64,000 nucleotides of DNA, taken from positions 36,487 to 100,486 of the forward strand of contig CAZJWR010000006.1 of assembly GCA_964549765.1 (NCBI GenBank), given 5' to 3'. The translations under genes were made by a program, and so were the position numbers. The notes beneath the pieces are model-generated. The model worked only from the letters and a program-made list of their open reading frames with translations. It was not told where the DNA came from and made no database searches. Every line of letters begins with the position of its first letter. Position 1 is the stretch's first letter. This DNA comes from an uncultured Ignavibacteriales bacterium (GTDB lineage Bacteria; Zixibacteria; MSB-5A5; GN15; JAAZOE01). Positions 7,984 to 18,324 of the stretch are shown here, piece after piece.

Positions 7984-10900
7984 CTACTTGTTGGTCTTGG
8001 ACTTCTCCGCCGCGCCGTTGGTTTTGAAACTCAGTTCGGCCAACTGCGCATAGATGTGGAACCGGAGAGTGGCGTCCTTCTGCGCCAATTCGCCCAATCG
8101 CTCGAACCGTTCACGATTGGTGCCGCGCAATGTCCGCCACCGGATTTCGCCGTTGGCGTAATCGGCATAGGGAATCGTCGGCGGCTTCGAATCGAGACTC
8201 AGTGGATTTTTGCCCTCGTCGATCAGGGCCGGATTGAACCTGACCAGCGGCCAGTGACCGCAGTCGACGGCTTTCTGCTGTTCGTTGAAGCCCTGGGCCA
8301 TATCGATACCGTGAGCAATGCAGTGACTGTAGGCGATGATAATCGACGGGCCGTCGTAGGCCTCGGCTTCCATGAACGCCTTAACCGTCTGGCTCTGATT
8401 GGCGCCCATGGCGACCCGGGCGACATAGACATTGCCGTAGCTCATGACCATCATGGCCAGGTCTTTCTTTGGCAGCGGTTTGCCGGCGAAGGCGAATTTG
8501 GCGGTGGCGCCGCGCGGCGTCGATTTGGACATCTGACCGCCAGTATTGGAATAGACCTCGGTATCGAGCACGAGCAGATTGATGTTCTTGCCAGAGGCGA
8601 GGACATGATCCAGTCCGCCGTAGCCGATATCATAGGCCCAGCCATCGCCGCCGACGCCCCAGACCGATTTCTTTACCAGGTAATCGGCGATTTCCAGCAG
8701 TCGTGTGGCTTCGGGGGTATTCATCTTTTCCAGTTTCGCTTTCAAATCCGCGACCCGTTTCCGCTGTTTCTCGATACCATCCTGATCGGATTGGTCGGCG
8801 TTGGCGATTTCATCGTAGCTGTCGGGAGCTGTTTTCTTGAGCAGTTCTCTGGCGTATTCGTGCAGTTTGTCGACCGTCAGACGCATCCCGAAGGAGAATT
8901 CGGCGCAATCTTCGAACAGCGAATTGGACCAGGCCGGGCCGCGACCGTCGGGACGGGTGGTATACGGTGTCGTCGGCAGGTTGCCGCCATAGATCGACGA
9001 GCAGCCGGTGGCGTTGCCGATGAGAGCGCGGTCGCCAAACAATTGTGTGAGAAGCTTGACGTACGGCGTTTCACCGCAGCCGGCGCAGGCGCCGGAGAAT
9101 TCGAACAGCGGCCGGATGAACTGGCTGCCCTTGACTGTGCCCACCTTGTACAGCGACGGGTCGGTATCCGGCAGGTTCCGGAAGAATTTGAAATTCTTCG
9201 CCTCCTGCTCGCGCAACGGTAACTGGAGCGACATGTTGATTGCCTTGCGGCCGGTCTTTTCCTTGTTCGCGTCTTTTTCATACGCGGGGCAGACCACGAC
9301 GCACGCGGAACAGCCGGTGCAGTCCTCGGGAGCGATCTGAAGGGTATATTTCATTCCTTTGAAGGTCGGGCCGCGAGCGTCGGCCGATTTGAACGTCTCC
9401 GGAGCATCGTTGAGGAGTTTCGGATCGTACGCCTTCTGCAGGATGGTGGCATGCGGGCAAATCAGCACGCACTGTCCGCACTGGGTGCAGACATCCGGCT
9501 CCCAGACGGGGATATCAATGGCGATATTCCGCTTTTCGTACTGGGTCGTGCCCGACATGTAGGTTCCGTCGTCGGGGAACGCTGACACGGGCAGCTCGTC
9601 GCCCTTGTTGGCGATCATCGGGCCGAGGACGTTTTTGACGAAATCCGGAGCATTTTCCGGTACCGGGGGACGCATGGTCGTCGAACTCGTGATTTCCTTG
9701 GGATAGTCGACTTTGTAAATCGCGCCCTTGGCGCCGTCGACCGCCTTGAGGTTCATGTTGACGACCTTATCGCCCTTGCCGCCGTAGGTTTTCTTGATGG
9801 AATTTTCGATTTCCCGGATCGAATCCTCGGGGGAGAGGATTTTTGAAATCAGGAAGAATGCCGTCTGCATGATGGTGTTGATGCGGGCGCCGAGCCCCAA
9901 GTCCTTAGCAAGCGTCACGGCATCGATGACGTAGAATTCGAGATGCTTGTCGATGATCAGTTTCTGCACCTCGCGCGGCAGATGACCCCAGACTTCATCC
10001 TTCGGATATGGGCTGTTGAGCAGGAAAGTGCCGCCCTCGACGACGTTGGTCAGCATGTCGTACTTTTCGAGGAACGAGAAGTTGTGGCAGGCGACCAGGT
10101 TGGCCTTGGAGATGAGATACGGGCTGCGAATCGGCTTCTTGCTGAACCGCACGTGAGAAACGGTTATGGCGCCGGCCTTCTTCGAGTCGTAGACGAAATA
10201 CCCCTGGGCGTAATAGTCGGTATTTTCCCCGATGATTTTAATCGTGTTCTTGTTGGCGCCGACGGTGCCGTCGGAACCGAGGCCGTAAAACAGCGCCCGA
10301 TGAACATGCTCGCCCTCGATATCAAAAGTGCGGTCGTAGTCGAGGCTGGTATTGGTCACGTCATCGACGATGGAGACGGTGAAGTGATTTTTCGGAGCCT
10401 TTTCTTTCAGGTTGTCCAGTGCCGCCTTGACGTCGGCCGGGCGGAAATCTTTTGAACCCAGTCCATAGCGTCCGCCGACGACCATCGGGGCCTTGGCCAA
10501 ATGCAGGGTACCTTCCTGCTGGGATTCGCGGATGGCGTTCTGGATGTCCTGGTACAACGGCTCGCCGGCCGCCCCCGGCTCTTTGGTGCGATCCAGAACG
10601 GCGATCCCGGTGACGGTTTTGGGCAGGGTCTTGATGAAGGCGTCCACCGAGAATGGACGATACAGTCGAACTTTGATGACGCCGACTTTCTCGCCCTGGG
10701 CGTTCAGATAATCGACCGTTTCGTGAGCACATTCGGCGCCGGATCCCATGATGACGACCACCCGGTCGGCGTCGGGAGCACCGATATAATCGAACAGATG
10801 ATAGGCGCGCCCGGTCAGTTTCGTGAATTTGTCCATGTGCTTCTGGACAATCTCCGGCGCCGCGATATAATACCTGTTGACGGTTTCACGCGATTGGAAA

Positions 10901-11625
10901 AACACGTCGGGATTCTGCGACGTGCCCCGGATCATGGCCCGGTCGGGATTCAGAGCCCGCATGCGGTGGCCCCGGATCATATCGTCGGTGATAAGCTGCG
11001 CCATGACGTCGTACGGCAGCTCGGTGATTTTCTGCACTTCGTGGGACGTCCGGAACCCGTCGAAGGCATGGACAAAGGGAATGCGGCTTTCAAGCGACGC
11101 CGCTTCCGCGATCAGCGCCATGTCCATGGTCTCCTGCACCGATCCGGACAACATGATGCCGAACCCGGTCGTCCGGACGGCCATGATATCCGAATGGTCG
11201 CCAAAAATGGACAGAGCGTGGGTCGCGACAGCCCGCGCTGAGACGTGAAAAACGGTCGGGGTCAATTCGCCGGCGATCTTGAACATGGTCGGGATCATCA
11301 GCAAAAGTCCCTGCGAGGCCGTGAACGTCGTCGACAACGATCCGCTGGTGACGGCGCCGTGGACGGCCGCCGAGGCGCCGCCCTCGGACTGCATTTCGAT
11401 GACGTGGGGAATGCTTCCCCAGATATTGGTCTGACCCCGGGCCGATTTCTCGTCGGCCACCTCGCCCATCACCGACGACGGCGTGATGGGATAAATCGCG
11501 ATGACCTCATTGATGGCATGGGCCGTATGGGTCACGGCGCTGTTGCCGTCGATGGTTATGGTTTTCCCGGCCGTGGCGGCCTTTTTCGCCGCGGCTTTAT
11601 CTTCAGTTGCGGTTGAGTGCTTCAT
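7984..11625 (-). CDS. nifJ: Pyruvate:ferredoxin (flavodoxin) oxidoreductase, single-polypeptide type
   Basis: 1213-aa product. Ferredoxin-type cluster motifs CTQCGQCVLICP and CTGCSACVVVCP. TPP region GGDGWAYDIGYGG. Collinear with NifJ/PFOR throughout. Confidence 0.97.
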   Translation of the reverse strand: MKHSTATEDKAAAKKAATAGKTITIDGNSAVTHTAHAINEVIAIYPITPSSVMGEVADEKSARGQTNIWGSIPHVIEMQSEGGASAAVHGAVTSGSLSTTFTASQGLLLMIPTMFKIAGELTPTVFHVSARAVATHALSIFGDHSDIMAVRTTGFGIMLSGSVQETMDMALIAEAASLESRIPFVHAFDGFRTSHEVQKITELPYDVMAQLITDDMIRGHRMRALNPDRAMIRGTSQNPDVFFQSRETVNRYYIAAPEIVQKHMDKFTKLTGRAYHLFDYIGAPDADRVVVIMGSGAECAHETVDYLNAQGEKVGVIKVRLYRPFSVDAFIKTLPKTVTGIAVLDRTKEPGAAGEPLYQDIQNAIRESQQEGTLHLAKAPMVVGGRYGLGSKDFRPADVKAALDNLKEKAPKNHFTVSIVDDVTNTSLDYDRTFDIEGEHVHRALFYGLGSDGTVGANKNTIKIIGENTDYYAQGYFVYDSKKAGAITVSHVRFSKKPIRSPYLISKANLVACHNFSFLEKYDMLTNVVEGGTFLLNSPYPKDEVWGHLPREVQKLIIDKHLEFYVIDAVTLAKDLGLGARINTIMQTAFFLISKILSPEDSIREIENSIKKTYGGKGDKVVNMNLKAVDGAKGAIYKVDYPKEITSSTTMRPPVPENAPDFVKNVLGPMIANKGDELPVSAFPDDGTYMSGTTQYEKRNIAIDIPVWEPDVCTQCGQCVLICPHATILQKAYDPKLLNDAPETFKSADARGPTFKGMKYTLQIAPEDCTGCSACVVVCPAYEKDANKEKTGRKAINMSLQLPLREQEAKNFKFFRNLPDTDPSLYKVGTVKGSQFIRPLFEFSGACAGCGETPYVKLLTQLFGDRALIGNATGCSSIYGGNLPTTPYTTRPDGRGPAWSNSLFEDCAEFSFGMRLTVDKLHEYARELLKKTAPDSYDEIANADQSDQDGIEKQRKRVADLKAKLEKMNTPEATRLLEIADYLVKKSVWGVGGDGWAYDIGYGGLDHVLASGKNINLLVLDTEVYSNTGGQMSKSTPRGATAKFAFAGKPLPKKDLAMMVMSYGNVYVARVAMGANQSQTVKAFMEAEAYDGPSIIIAYSHCIAHGIDMAQGFNEQQKAVDCGHWPLVRFNPALIDEGKNPLSLDSKPPTIPYADYANGEIRWRTLRGTNRERFERLGELAQKDATLRFHIYAQLAELSFKTNGAAEKSKTNK

Positions 11626-11764
11626 GTACTGTCTCCTCTATAGAATCAAGCATCCGGTCGATACGGCCGGTACCGAGACTGTATACTCACGAGTTTATGT
11701 TCCGTTTCATCCGTGGACCGAATCACCTCGTATGATTGTGGATAATACACCCGACAATTTCAGG

Positions 11765-12316
11765 TCAAATTTTCGCCAGGGTGATTTTTTTCTGGGCCTG
11801 GTATTTCCCTTTCTTGTCCGCATACGATACCTGGCAGACCTCGTCGCTTTCGAGAAAAATCAACTGCGCGATGCCTTCGTTGGCGTAGACCCGCACCGGG
11901 AGGGGAGAGGTGTTCGATAATTCCAGCGTCGCGTAGCCCTCCCATTCCGGCTCGAATGGCGTGACATTCACAATCAGGCCGCACCGGGCATAGGTGGATT
12001 TTCCGACACAGAGAGTCAGGATATTGCGGGGGATTTTGAAATATTCTACAGTGCGGGCCAAGGCGAAAGAATGCGGCGGGATGAGGACCGACTTCTTGCG
12101 GATCAGCGTAAACGATCCGTTGTCGGTGCGTTTGGGGTCGATTTCGCTGGCGTTGAGACCGGTAAAAATGTGGAACTCGTCGGCGACGCGAAAATCGTAT
12201 CCGTATGAGGATAGCCCGTAGGAAATTCCTTTGCGATTTTGCCGGGCGGCGAAGGGGCGAATCATTCCGTGTGTCCGCGCCATGGTACGAATCCATTTAT
12301 CCGATTTCAGAGCCAT
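11765..12316 (-). CDS. dcd: dCTP deaminase
   Basis: MALKSDKWI start, [17 protein letters not shown] and LELSN motifs typical of Dcd. The ATG at 12316 is preferred over the TTG at 12343. Confidence 0.92.
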   Translation of the reverse strand: MALKSDKWIRTMARTHGMIRPFAARQNRKGISYGLSSYGYDFRVADEFHIFTGLNASEIDPKRTDNGSFTLIRKKSVLIPPHSFALARTVEYFKIPRNILTLCVGKSTYARCGLIVNVTPFEPEWEGYATLELSNTSPLPVRVYANEGIAQLIFLESDEVCQVSYADKKGKYQAQKKITLAKI

Positions 12317-12399
12317 TCGTCTCCGTTCACTTTCATTTATCAATGCAGCAATAACCGGAACGACTATGCTAAAACATTATCATCCGATTGTCAAACACT

Positions 12400-12819
12400 T
12401 TAGACCGGTTTACCGGCCTTTTGCCAGCGGAGCAGATCGCCCACGGTATATTTCTCGAAAACCTCCAGGAGCGCATCCTGCGCCTTTTCCAGAAGGTATT
12501 GAATGGGGCAATCGTCCCGGTCGCAAATCTCCTCGACATTAAAGCATTTTGCGAGGAAATAGGGACCGTGGATCACTTCGACGATTTCACGGAAACTGAT
12601 TTGTTCGGCCGGTCGCCCGAGCGAAAAGCCGCCCTTGACTCCCCGGTGAGACCGGACCAAACCCGACCTTGAGAGCGACTGAAAAATCTTGGCCAGAAAT
12701 TTCTCTGGTACATCCTGCGCTGCGGAAATTTCGGAAAGAGGAGTGATTTTGCCCGCTGGCTGATCGGCCAAGTAAATCACCCCAAAAATCCCGTATGCCT
12801 CCGCTTTGGTAAACTGCAT
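12400..12819 (-). CDS. Rrf2 family transcriptional regulator (three Cys, possible Fe-S sensor)
   Basis: N-terminal wHTH (YGIFGVIYLA, ISAAQDVPEKFLAKIFQSLSRSGLVRSHRGVKGGFSL) and a C-terminal Cys triad (AKCF, EEIC, DDCP), as in IscR/NsrR-type Rrf2 proteins. Confidence 0.9.
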   Translation of the reverse strand: MQFTKAEAYGIFGVIYLADQPAGKITPLSEISAAQDVPEKFLAKIFQSLSRSGLVRSHRGVKGGFSLGRPAEQISFREIVEVIHGPYFLAKCFNVEEICDRDDCPIQYLLEKAQDALLEVFEKYTVGDLLRWQKAGKPV

Positions 12820-12881
12820 AATTCCTCACCCTCTATCGACTTCGATTGACATGGCGTTAAACCTTACTTCATCTCGAAGGA

Positions 12882-12910
12882 AATATAGACGGCCGGCCCC
12901 GTAAAGTCAA
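12882..12910 (-). promoter_or_regulatory. sigma70-like promoter candidate for the Rrf2 gene
   Basis: On the minus strand, TTGACT (12910-12905), 17-nt spacer, TATATT (12887-12882). The spacer contains the palindrome GGCCGGCC. Confidence 0.55.
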
Positions 12911-13072
12911 CAGAATTTGTGCTTTTTTTCACGAATTCGACCCGCCGGCCTATCAAAATTTTGTACAAATAACGGCTGGCGAATATCCATAGTATTTTAT
13001 GTGCCAATCAATTAAAACGATGATAAATTAGATCAATATAATTTATTTTTCCAATTTAAGATTGCCTTAGAC

Positions 13073-13100
13073 TTGACTTGAGCGGCAAAGAATGTATATT
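13073..13100 (+). promoter_or_regulatory. sigma70-like promoter candidate for the FAD/FeS oxidase operon
   Basis: TTGACT (13073-13078), 16-nt spacer, TATATT (13095-13100). The start codon (TTG 13106 or ATG 13109) lies only 6-9 nt downstream of the -10. Confidence 0.45.
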
Positions 13101-13108
13101 ACTTCTTG

Positions 13109-15829
13109 ATGGCAGATAAGACCAAAATAGTTAAGTATTTCGGGACGGTCTCGCCGGACGGGCCTGCTTCCCGTGAAGCGTATGCGTCGGATGCCTCTGT
13201 CTACCGCATCCTGCCGGAGCGCGTACTGTGTCCGAATAACGAAAAAGAAGCGATAGATTTCATCCTCGATTCCCTCAACCGGGGAATCCCGGTCACCCCG
13301 CGCGGCGGCGGCACCGGATTGGCCGGAGGCGCATTGGGGAACGGTCATGTTATCGACTGTTCCCGTCTGACTGAAATACGAGAAATATCTATTGACAAAA
13401 AAACCGTGACCTGCCAGCCCGGGATTACCTATCAGGATCTCAACATCGCCCTTAAAGATCATGGTTTGTTTTTCCCGCCCGACCCTTCCTCCGGCGACAG
13501 CTGCCAGATCGGCGGGATGCTGGCCAATAACTCGTCCGGCCCGCGTTCGGTCAAATATGGGTTGACATCCAAATATGTCGAAGAACTCACCGTTTTGACC
13601 AATCGCAGAAAACCGCTGACGCTGCGGAAATACCGGCTCGACAGTCCGGAATTGAAGGAATTCCTGGCGTCTTATCCCGAGTATGAAGAAATTCGCTCGC
13701 GGCTTACCGACAATCGTGACCTGATTCTCGACCGCTGGCCCAAAGTGAAAAAGAACTCTGCCGGTTATAATCTCCATCAGATCGTCACCGATCTGGATAA
13801 TGGCATATACAATATCCCGGCCTTGTATGTCGGTTCCGAGGGCACCCTCGGATTTTTCCTGTCGGTGACCCTTCGTCTGCTGCCGATCCCGCCGGGGAAA
13901 CGGTCGTTTCGTCTATTTTTCGATTCGCTCGAAGACGCCGGCGACGCCGTGGAGCCGCTTCTCGGCACCGAACCGTCGTCGCTTGAAATAGTCGACGGTT
14001 CCAGCCTGGATTTGATCGGCCGCAAGGAACATCGCATTCCGCCCGGCGTTGAGGCGATGCTAATGCTGGAATATGACGACGATCTCGACGCCCACGAAGA
14101 GCAGCTTGAGTCGGCGCTTCACCGCATCAAACCGGCGTCGCCGCCGGAACGTGCGGCTTCCGAAGAGGAACGGCTGGCGCTGTGGGCGGCGCGCAAGGCC
14201 ATCGTCCCGACCCTGTACCGGCATCATCCAATCCGCCGCCCCATTCCGTTCATCGAAGACGCTTCGCTGCCGGTGGAAAGGCTCACGGAATTTATATCGT
14301 GGGTCAGGAAACGTCTCGAAAAGGAGGGGCTGGTATTCGGCTTGTTCGGTCATATCGGCGACGGAAACGTACATATCAGGCCGCTTTTGAATCTTGCCGA
14401 CGAATCCGAATTCGAACTGGCCAAAAGGCTCTACAACGAAACATACGATTATATGTTTTCTCTCGGCGGTTCCAGCACCGCCGAACACGCCGACGGCCGC
14501 CTGCGGGCGCCGGTTCTCCGCAAATTGTACGGAGACGAAATCTATAGTCTTTTCATGCGAATCAAGCAGATTCTCGATCCCGATAACCTATTCAATCCCG
14601 ATGTGATATTATCCTCGCGGTCGATGACCGACGACATTGATCTCACCAAGCTGGAACTCACCTGCGCCGCCTGCGGTAAATGCAACGGATATTGTCCGGC
14701 CTTCGAAGTCTTTCGCCGAGAGGATATGTCGCCGCGCGGATGGCTGCGGATGCTGAAATTCGAGGGGGCGTCGGACAATACCCTGTCCGCCTTCTACGAA
14801 TATTGCCTCAACTGCAAGAATTGCACGACCGTCTGTCCGGCAGAGGTGGATATCGCCGGCGAGATATTGAAATACAAGGCCCTGCGGCCGGATAAGAATG
14901 CCGGGCGCGTTATATCCGTGTTCGATAATCGAAAGCTGTTCAACCGCCTCCTCAAAACAGGATCGATGCTCTATCCGCTTTCGCGCACCTGGATGGGCCG
15001 TAAGACCGCGGCAGTCGTCGGACGGCGTCCATTCGGATTCGACGATAAAGCGGTATTCCCGGAACCGGCGAGGAAATCGCTCCGCGAACGGCATCCCGAC
15101 GCCTGCGCGAATTCGGGCGAGGTGGCGCTGTTCCATGGATGTGCCGACAATTACTTCGTCTCGTGGGCCGGCGATGCCGCGATTACGGTATTCCGGCATT
15201 ATGGATGGGGCTTGGCGATGCCAAAGCAAACCTGCTGCGGACTGCCGATGGAAGTATACGGCCATCGCAATAATCTCATCGAAAAAGCGAAATTCAATAT
15301 CGACGTCCTAAGCGATTTCACGGCTGTGGTATTCACTTGCTCGTCGTGCCTGCACCGATTGGCCGATTATCATCAGCTTTTCGAAATCGGGAGCGAATAT
15401 CACGGGAAAGCGCTGGCGCTCAAGGATAAGCTGTTCGATCTGAGCCAGTACCTGCGTCTGCGCCGGGTGACGTTCGAGGATACAAGACGATTGGACGGCC
15501 TGCGTGTTTCGTATCATCATCCCTGCCACCTGCGCGCCGCCGGTCTCGAAAAGGAACCGCTTCGTTTGCTGGAGCAGATCGAGGGGATCGAGATTCTCCA
15601 TCCCGAACGGGCCAGCCGTTGCTGCGGACAGGCGGGATCGTTCGGATTCACGCATTACCGCGAGGGGGCGGCCATGTTCGACGCCAAGCGGGAGGAATAC
15701 CGGCGGCTCAGTCCCGACGTTATCGTCAGCAGTTGTCCGTCGTGCATATCAAAAGTCCGCAAGGAGATGGGCGGCGCTGTCCGGGTCTGTCATCCCATCG
15801 AACTGATCGCGGACATTCTGGAAGGATAG
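13109..15829 (+). CDS. Fused FAD-linked oxidase (GlcD/D-lactate dehydrogenase-like) with 4Fe-4S dicluster and CCG domains (GlcF-like)
   Basis: N-terminal PCMH-type FAD domain (PRGGGTGLAGGA). Two ferredoxin motifs (CAACGKCNGYCP, CLNCKNCTTVCP). Two CCG motifs (QTCCGLP, SRCCGQAGSF). The ORF-track start is TTG at 13106. Confidence 0.9.
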   Translation: MADKTKIVKYFGTVSPDGPASREAYASDASVYRILPERVLCPNNEKEAIDFILDSLNRGIPVTPRGGGTGLAGGALGNGHVIDCSRLTEIREISIDKKTVTCQPGITYQDLNIALKDHGLFFPPDPSSGDSCQIGGMLANNSSGPRSVKYGLTSKYVEELTVLTNRRKPLTLRKYRLDSPELKEFLASYPEYEEIRSRLTDNRDLILDRWPKVKKNSAGYNLHQIVTDLDNGIYNIPALYVGSEGTLGFFLSVTLRLLPIPPGKRSFRLFFDSLEDAGDAVEPLLGTEPSSLEIVDGSSLDLIGRKEHRIPPGVEAMLMLEYDDDLDAHEEQLESALHRIKPASPPERAASEEERLALWAARKAIVPTLYRHHPIRRPIPFIEDASLPVERLTEFISWVRKRLEKEGLVFGLFGHIGDGNVHIRPLLNLADESEFELAKRLYNETYDYMFSLGGSSTAEHADGRLRAPVLRKLYGDEIYSLFMRIKQILDPDNLFNPDVILSSRSMTDDIDLTKLELTCAACGKCNGYCPAFEVFRREDMSPRGWLRMLKFEGASDNTLSAFYEYCLNCKNCTTVCPAEVDIAGEILKYKALRPDKNAGRVISVFDNRKLFNRLLKTGSMLYPLSRTWMGRKTAAVVGRRPFGFDDKAVFPEPARKSLRERHPDACANSGEVALFHGCADNYFVSWAGDAAITVFRHYGWGLAMPKQTCCGLPMEVYGHRNNLIEKAKFNIDVLSDFTAVVFTCSSCLHRLADYHQLFEIGSEYHGKALALKDKLFDLSQYLRLRRVTFEDTRRLDGLRVSYHHPCHLRAAGLEKEPLRLLEQIEGIEILHPERASRCCGQAGSFGFTHYREGAAMFDAKREEYRRLSPDVIVSSCPSCISKVRKEMGGAVRVCHPIELIADILEG

Positions 15830-15837
15830 ATTCAATC

Positions 15838-16380
15838 ATGCCGCATGAAGGCGACCACGGCCTGCTGATCGTCTATACCGGCGACGGCAAGGGCAAAACG
15901 ACGGCGGCGCTCGGCTTATGTGTGCGGGCCGCCGGGCACGGGAACAAATGTCTTGTGCTGCAGTTTATCAAGAGTGATTGGGAGTACGGCGAATTGAAAG
16001 GATTCGAACGATTGGCGCCGGAGGTTGAAATCAGACCGATGGGCGTCGGCTGTTTCGGCAAGCCGGGCGATGAAACGCCGCGTGAAGAACATGAAAAGGC
16101 TGCCGCAGAAGCATTACGATCCGCCCGTGACGCGATCCAGTCGGGAGACTACGACGTCGTGATTCTGGACGAAATCAACATCGCCGTGCATTACAAATTG
16201 ATCGATATCAAGGAACTTATGCGGCTGATAGATAACCGACCCGAGCGGGTTAACCTGGTGCTCACGGGACGCTATGCCGATCATCGGGTCATCAAGGCCG
16301 CCGACCTGGTAACGAACATGCAGGAAGTCAAGCATCCGTATCAAAAGGGCATATTATCCAAGAAGGGCATAGACTATTAA
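15838..16380 (+). CDS. cobO: Cob(I)yrinic acid a,c-diamide adenosyltransferase (CobO/BtuR type)
   Basis: GLLIVYTGDGKGKTTAALG P-loop, VLDEINIA, and KHPYQKGILSKKGIDY at the C-terminus. The ATG at 15838 is 9 nt after the upstream stop. Confidence 0.9.
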   Translation: MPHEGDHGLLIVYTGDGKGKTTAALGLCVRAAGHGNKCLVLQFIKSDWEYGELKGFERLAPEVEIRPMGVGCFGKPGDETPREEHEKAAAEALRSARDAIQSGDYDVVILDEINIAVHYKLIDIKELMRLIDNRPERVNLVLTGRYADHRVIKAADLVTNMQEVKHPYQKGILSKKGIDY

Positions 16381-17318
16381 TGCCGGATGATGCGGTTGAC
16401 AATCGATCAGAAGATCCCTCACCGGGCAAAATAGCCGTCCTCGGCAGCAGTGGTTTCATCGGCGCCCATCTGACGCTGTTTCTCCTGCAAATGGGTTATC
16501 GCCTTAGCCTGCTGCACCACAAGGCCGATCCCGACTATGTTTCCCCGCGCGGACAGATCGAATCGGTCCAGGGATCGATAAACGACAAAGACGCGCTGGT
16601 ACGCTGCTTTGGCGGTTGCACGCAGGTCTATCATCTGGTGGGGATCATCGCCGAGACGCGAACGAAGACGTTTCGCAAAACCGTCGCCGAGGGCACAAAG
16701 GCGGTCATCGACGCTGCCAAAGAGGCGGGCGTCGAGAAGATTTTCTACCTGTCGGCCCTGGGGGCATCGCAGGATGCCCAGACGGATTATTTCCGCACCA
16801 AGTGGGAGGCGGAACAGGTCGTCATCGAATCCGGCCTTGATTATAGCATCTTCCGGCCGTCGATCGCGTATGGCGTCCGCGACAAGTTCATCAACAAAAT
16901 CGCGTCGATGGTTAAATACTCGCCGGTAATTCCCGTGCTCGGTGACGGCGAATATCGATTGCAACCGGTCTATGTTGAGGAATTGGCGGCGGTCATGGCG
17001 CATGCATCGCGGCTGGACCGCACCAACGGCAAAATATATGAGGTCGGCGGGCCGGAGCAGTTGACTTACCTGGAGATTCTTGATATAATCAAGCGGGTTT
17101 TGGGCCGGAAACGGCTGACCGCGCATGTCCCGATCTCGTGGGCCAAAATCGCGGCGGCCGTCATGGAAAAAATTCTAAAGCCGGCGCCGTTGACCCGCGA
17201 TCAGATACACATGCTGAAGAAAGAATCGATTTGCGACCACACCATAGTCGAGAAGGAATTCGGCGTTACATTTTCTCGACTTGAGATGCAATTACAGAAA
17301 TATCTAAGGAAACGATAA
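16380..17318 (+). CDS. NAD(P)-binding Rossmann protein, NDUFA9/atypical SDR epimerase-like
   Basis: VLGSSGFIGAHL glycine-rich dinucleotide motif; size and layout match NmrA/NDUFA9-like SDRs. TAATG overlap with cobO. Confidence 0.8.
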   Translation: MPDDAVDNRSEDPSPGKIAVLGSSGFIGAHLTLFLLQMGYRLSLLHHKADPDYVSPRGQIESVQGSINDKDALVRCFGGCTQVYHLVGIIAETRTKTFRKTVAEGTKAVIDAAKEAGVEKIFYLSALGASQDAQTDYFRTKWEAEQVVIESGLDYSIFRPSIAYGVRDKFINKIASMVKYSPVIPVLGDGEYRLQPVYVEELAAVMAHASRLDRTNGKIYEVGGPEQLTYLEILDIIKRVLGRKRLTAHVPISWAKIAAAVMEKILKPAPLTRDQIHMLKKESICDHTIVEKEFGVTFSRLEMQLQKYLRKR

Positions 17319-18253
17319 TGGCGGAAGAACAACAATTCGATATCATCGTCGTCGGCGGCGGGCCGGGTGGCCTGACGGCCGGCATGTACGGCGCGCGGGC
17401 CGAGTTGAGAACCGTGGTCATTGAAAAGTATCTTCCCGGCGGGCAGATCGCGCTGACCGAGGACGTGGAAGATTATCCCGGCTTCGAAAGAATCTCCGGG
17501 CCGGAACTGGCTACCAAGATCGCCGATCACGCCAAGAAATTCGGGCTGGAAGTGATTTCCGATGAAATCGTCGAAGTTCGGTCCGAACTCGATGACAGAA
17601 AAGTCGCCGTGGGCGCCAGCGGAACCCAATATATTGCCAAACAGATCGTTATAGCGACCGGCGGCTCCGCCGTGCATCTGAAAGTCCCCGGCGAAAAGGA
17701 ATATTCCGGCAAGGGCGTGTCCTACTGCGCTATCTGCGATGGAGCCTTCTTCAAGGATCAGGTGATCGCCGTCGCCGGCGGAGGCGACGCGGCGGTGGAA
17801 GAGGGCATGTTCCTGACTAAATTCGGCTCCAAAGTGTATATCATCCACCGCCGCGACCAGCTCCGGGCGCAAAAAATTATCCAGGAACGAGCGTTCAAGA
17901 ATGACAAAGTCGAATTCATCTGGGACACGGTCGTGAAGGAAATCAAGGGCGATACGAAAGTGCGGTCGTTGCTGCTGGAAAACGTCAAAACCGGCGAGAA
18001 GTCAACGCTGGACGTCGGCGCGATTTTCGTCTTTATCGGTTTTCACCCCAATACGCAGATGCTCCCGGATAACATCAATAAGAACGAGGCCGGCTACCTG
18101 ATCACCGATTATAAGATGGAAACTTCCATCCCGGGGATATACGCCTGCGGCGACGTCCGCGCCCAACTGGTCCGCCAGATCACCAACGCCGTCGGCGACG
18201 GCACCACGGCGGCGATGGCGGCGGTCTACCGGATCGAGGAGATGAAAGAGTAA
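17318..18253 (+). CDS. trxB: Thioredoxin-disulfide reductase
   Basis: GGGPGG FAD motif, redox-active CAICDG (CxxC), second dinucleotide motif GGGDAAVEE, and GDV near the C-terminus. Confidence 0.93.
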   Translation: MAEEQQFDIIVVGGGPGGLTAGMYGARAELRTVVIEKYLPGGQIALTEDVEDYPGFERISGPELATKIADHAKKFGLEVISDEIVEVRSELDDRKVAVGASGTQYIAKQIVIATGGSAVHLKVPGEKEYSGKGVSYCAICDGAFFKDQVIAVAGGGDAAVEEGMFLTKFGSKVYIIHRRDQLRAQKIIQERAFKNDKVEFIWDTVVKEIKGDTKVRSLLLENVKTGEKSTLDVGAIFVFIGFHPNTQMLPDNINKNEAGYLITDYKMETSIPGIYACGDVRAQLVRQITNAVGDGTTAAMAAVYRIEEMKE

Positions 18254-18324
18254 GGCGCCCGACCTATATTGCTGCCGGAAATGTTAGCCCATAAATCTTG
18301 ATTTCAAGAAATGTAATCACTATG

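Noticed and set aside
7960-9222. 420-aa ORF on the plus strand
   Set aside because: It lies entirely antisense to nifJ, whose identity is unambiguous. The translation is low-complexity (G/R/A/D-rich) with no motifs. This is a typical shadow ORF in GC-rich DNA.
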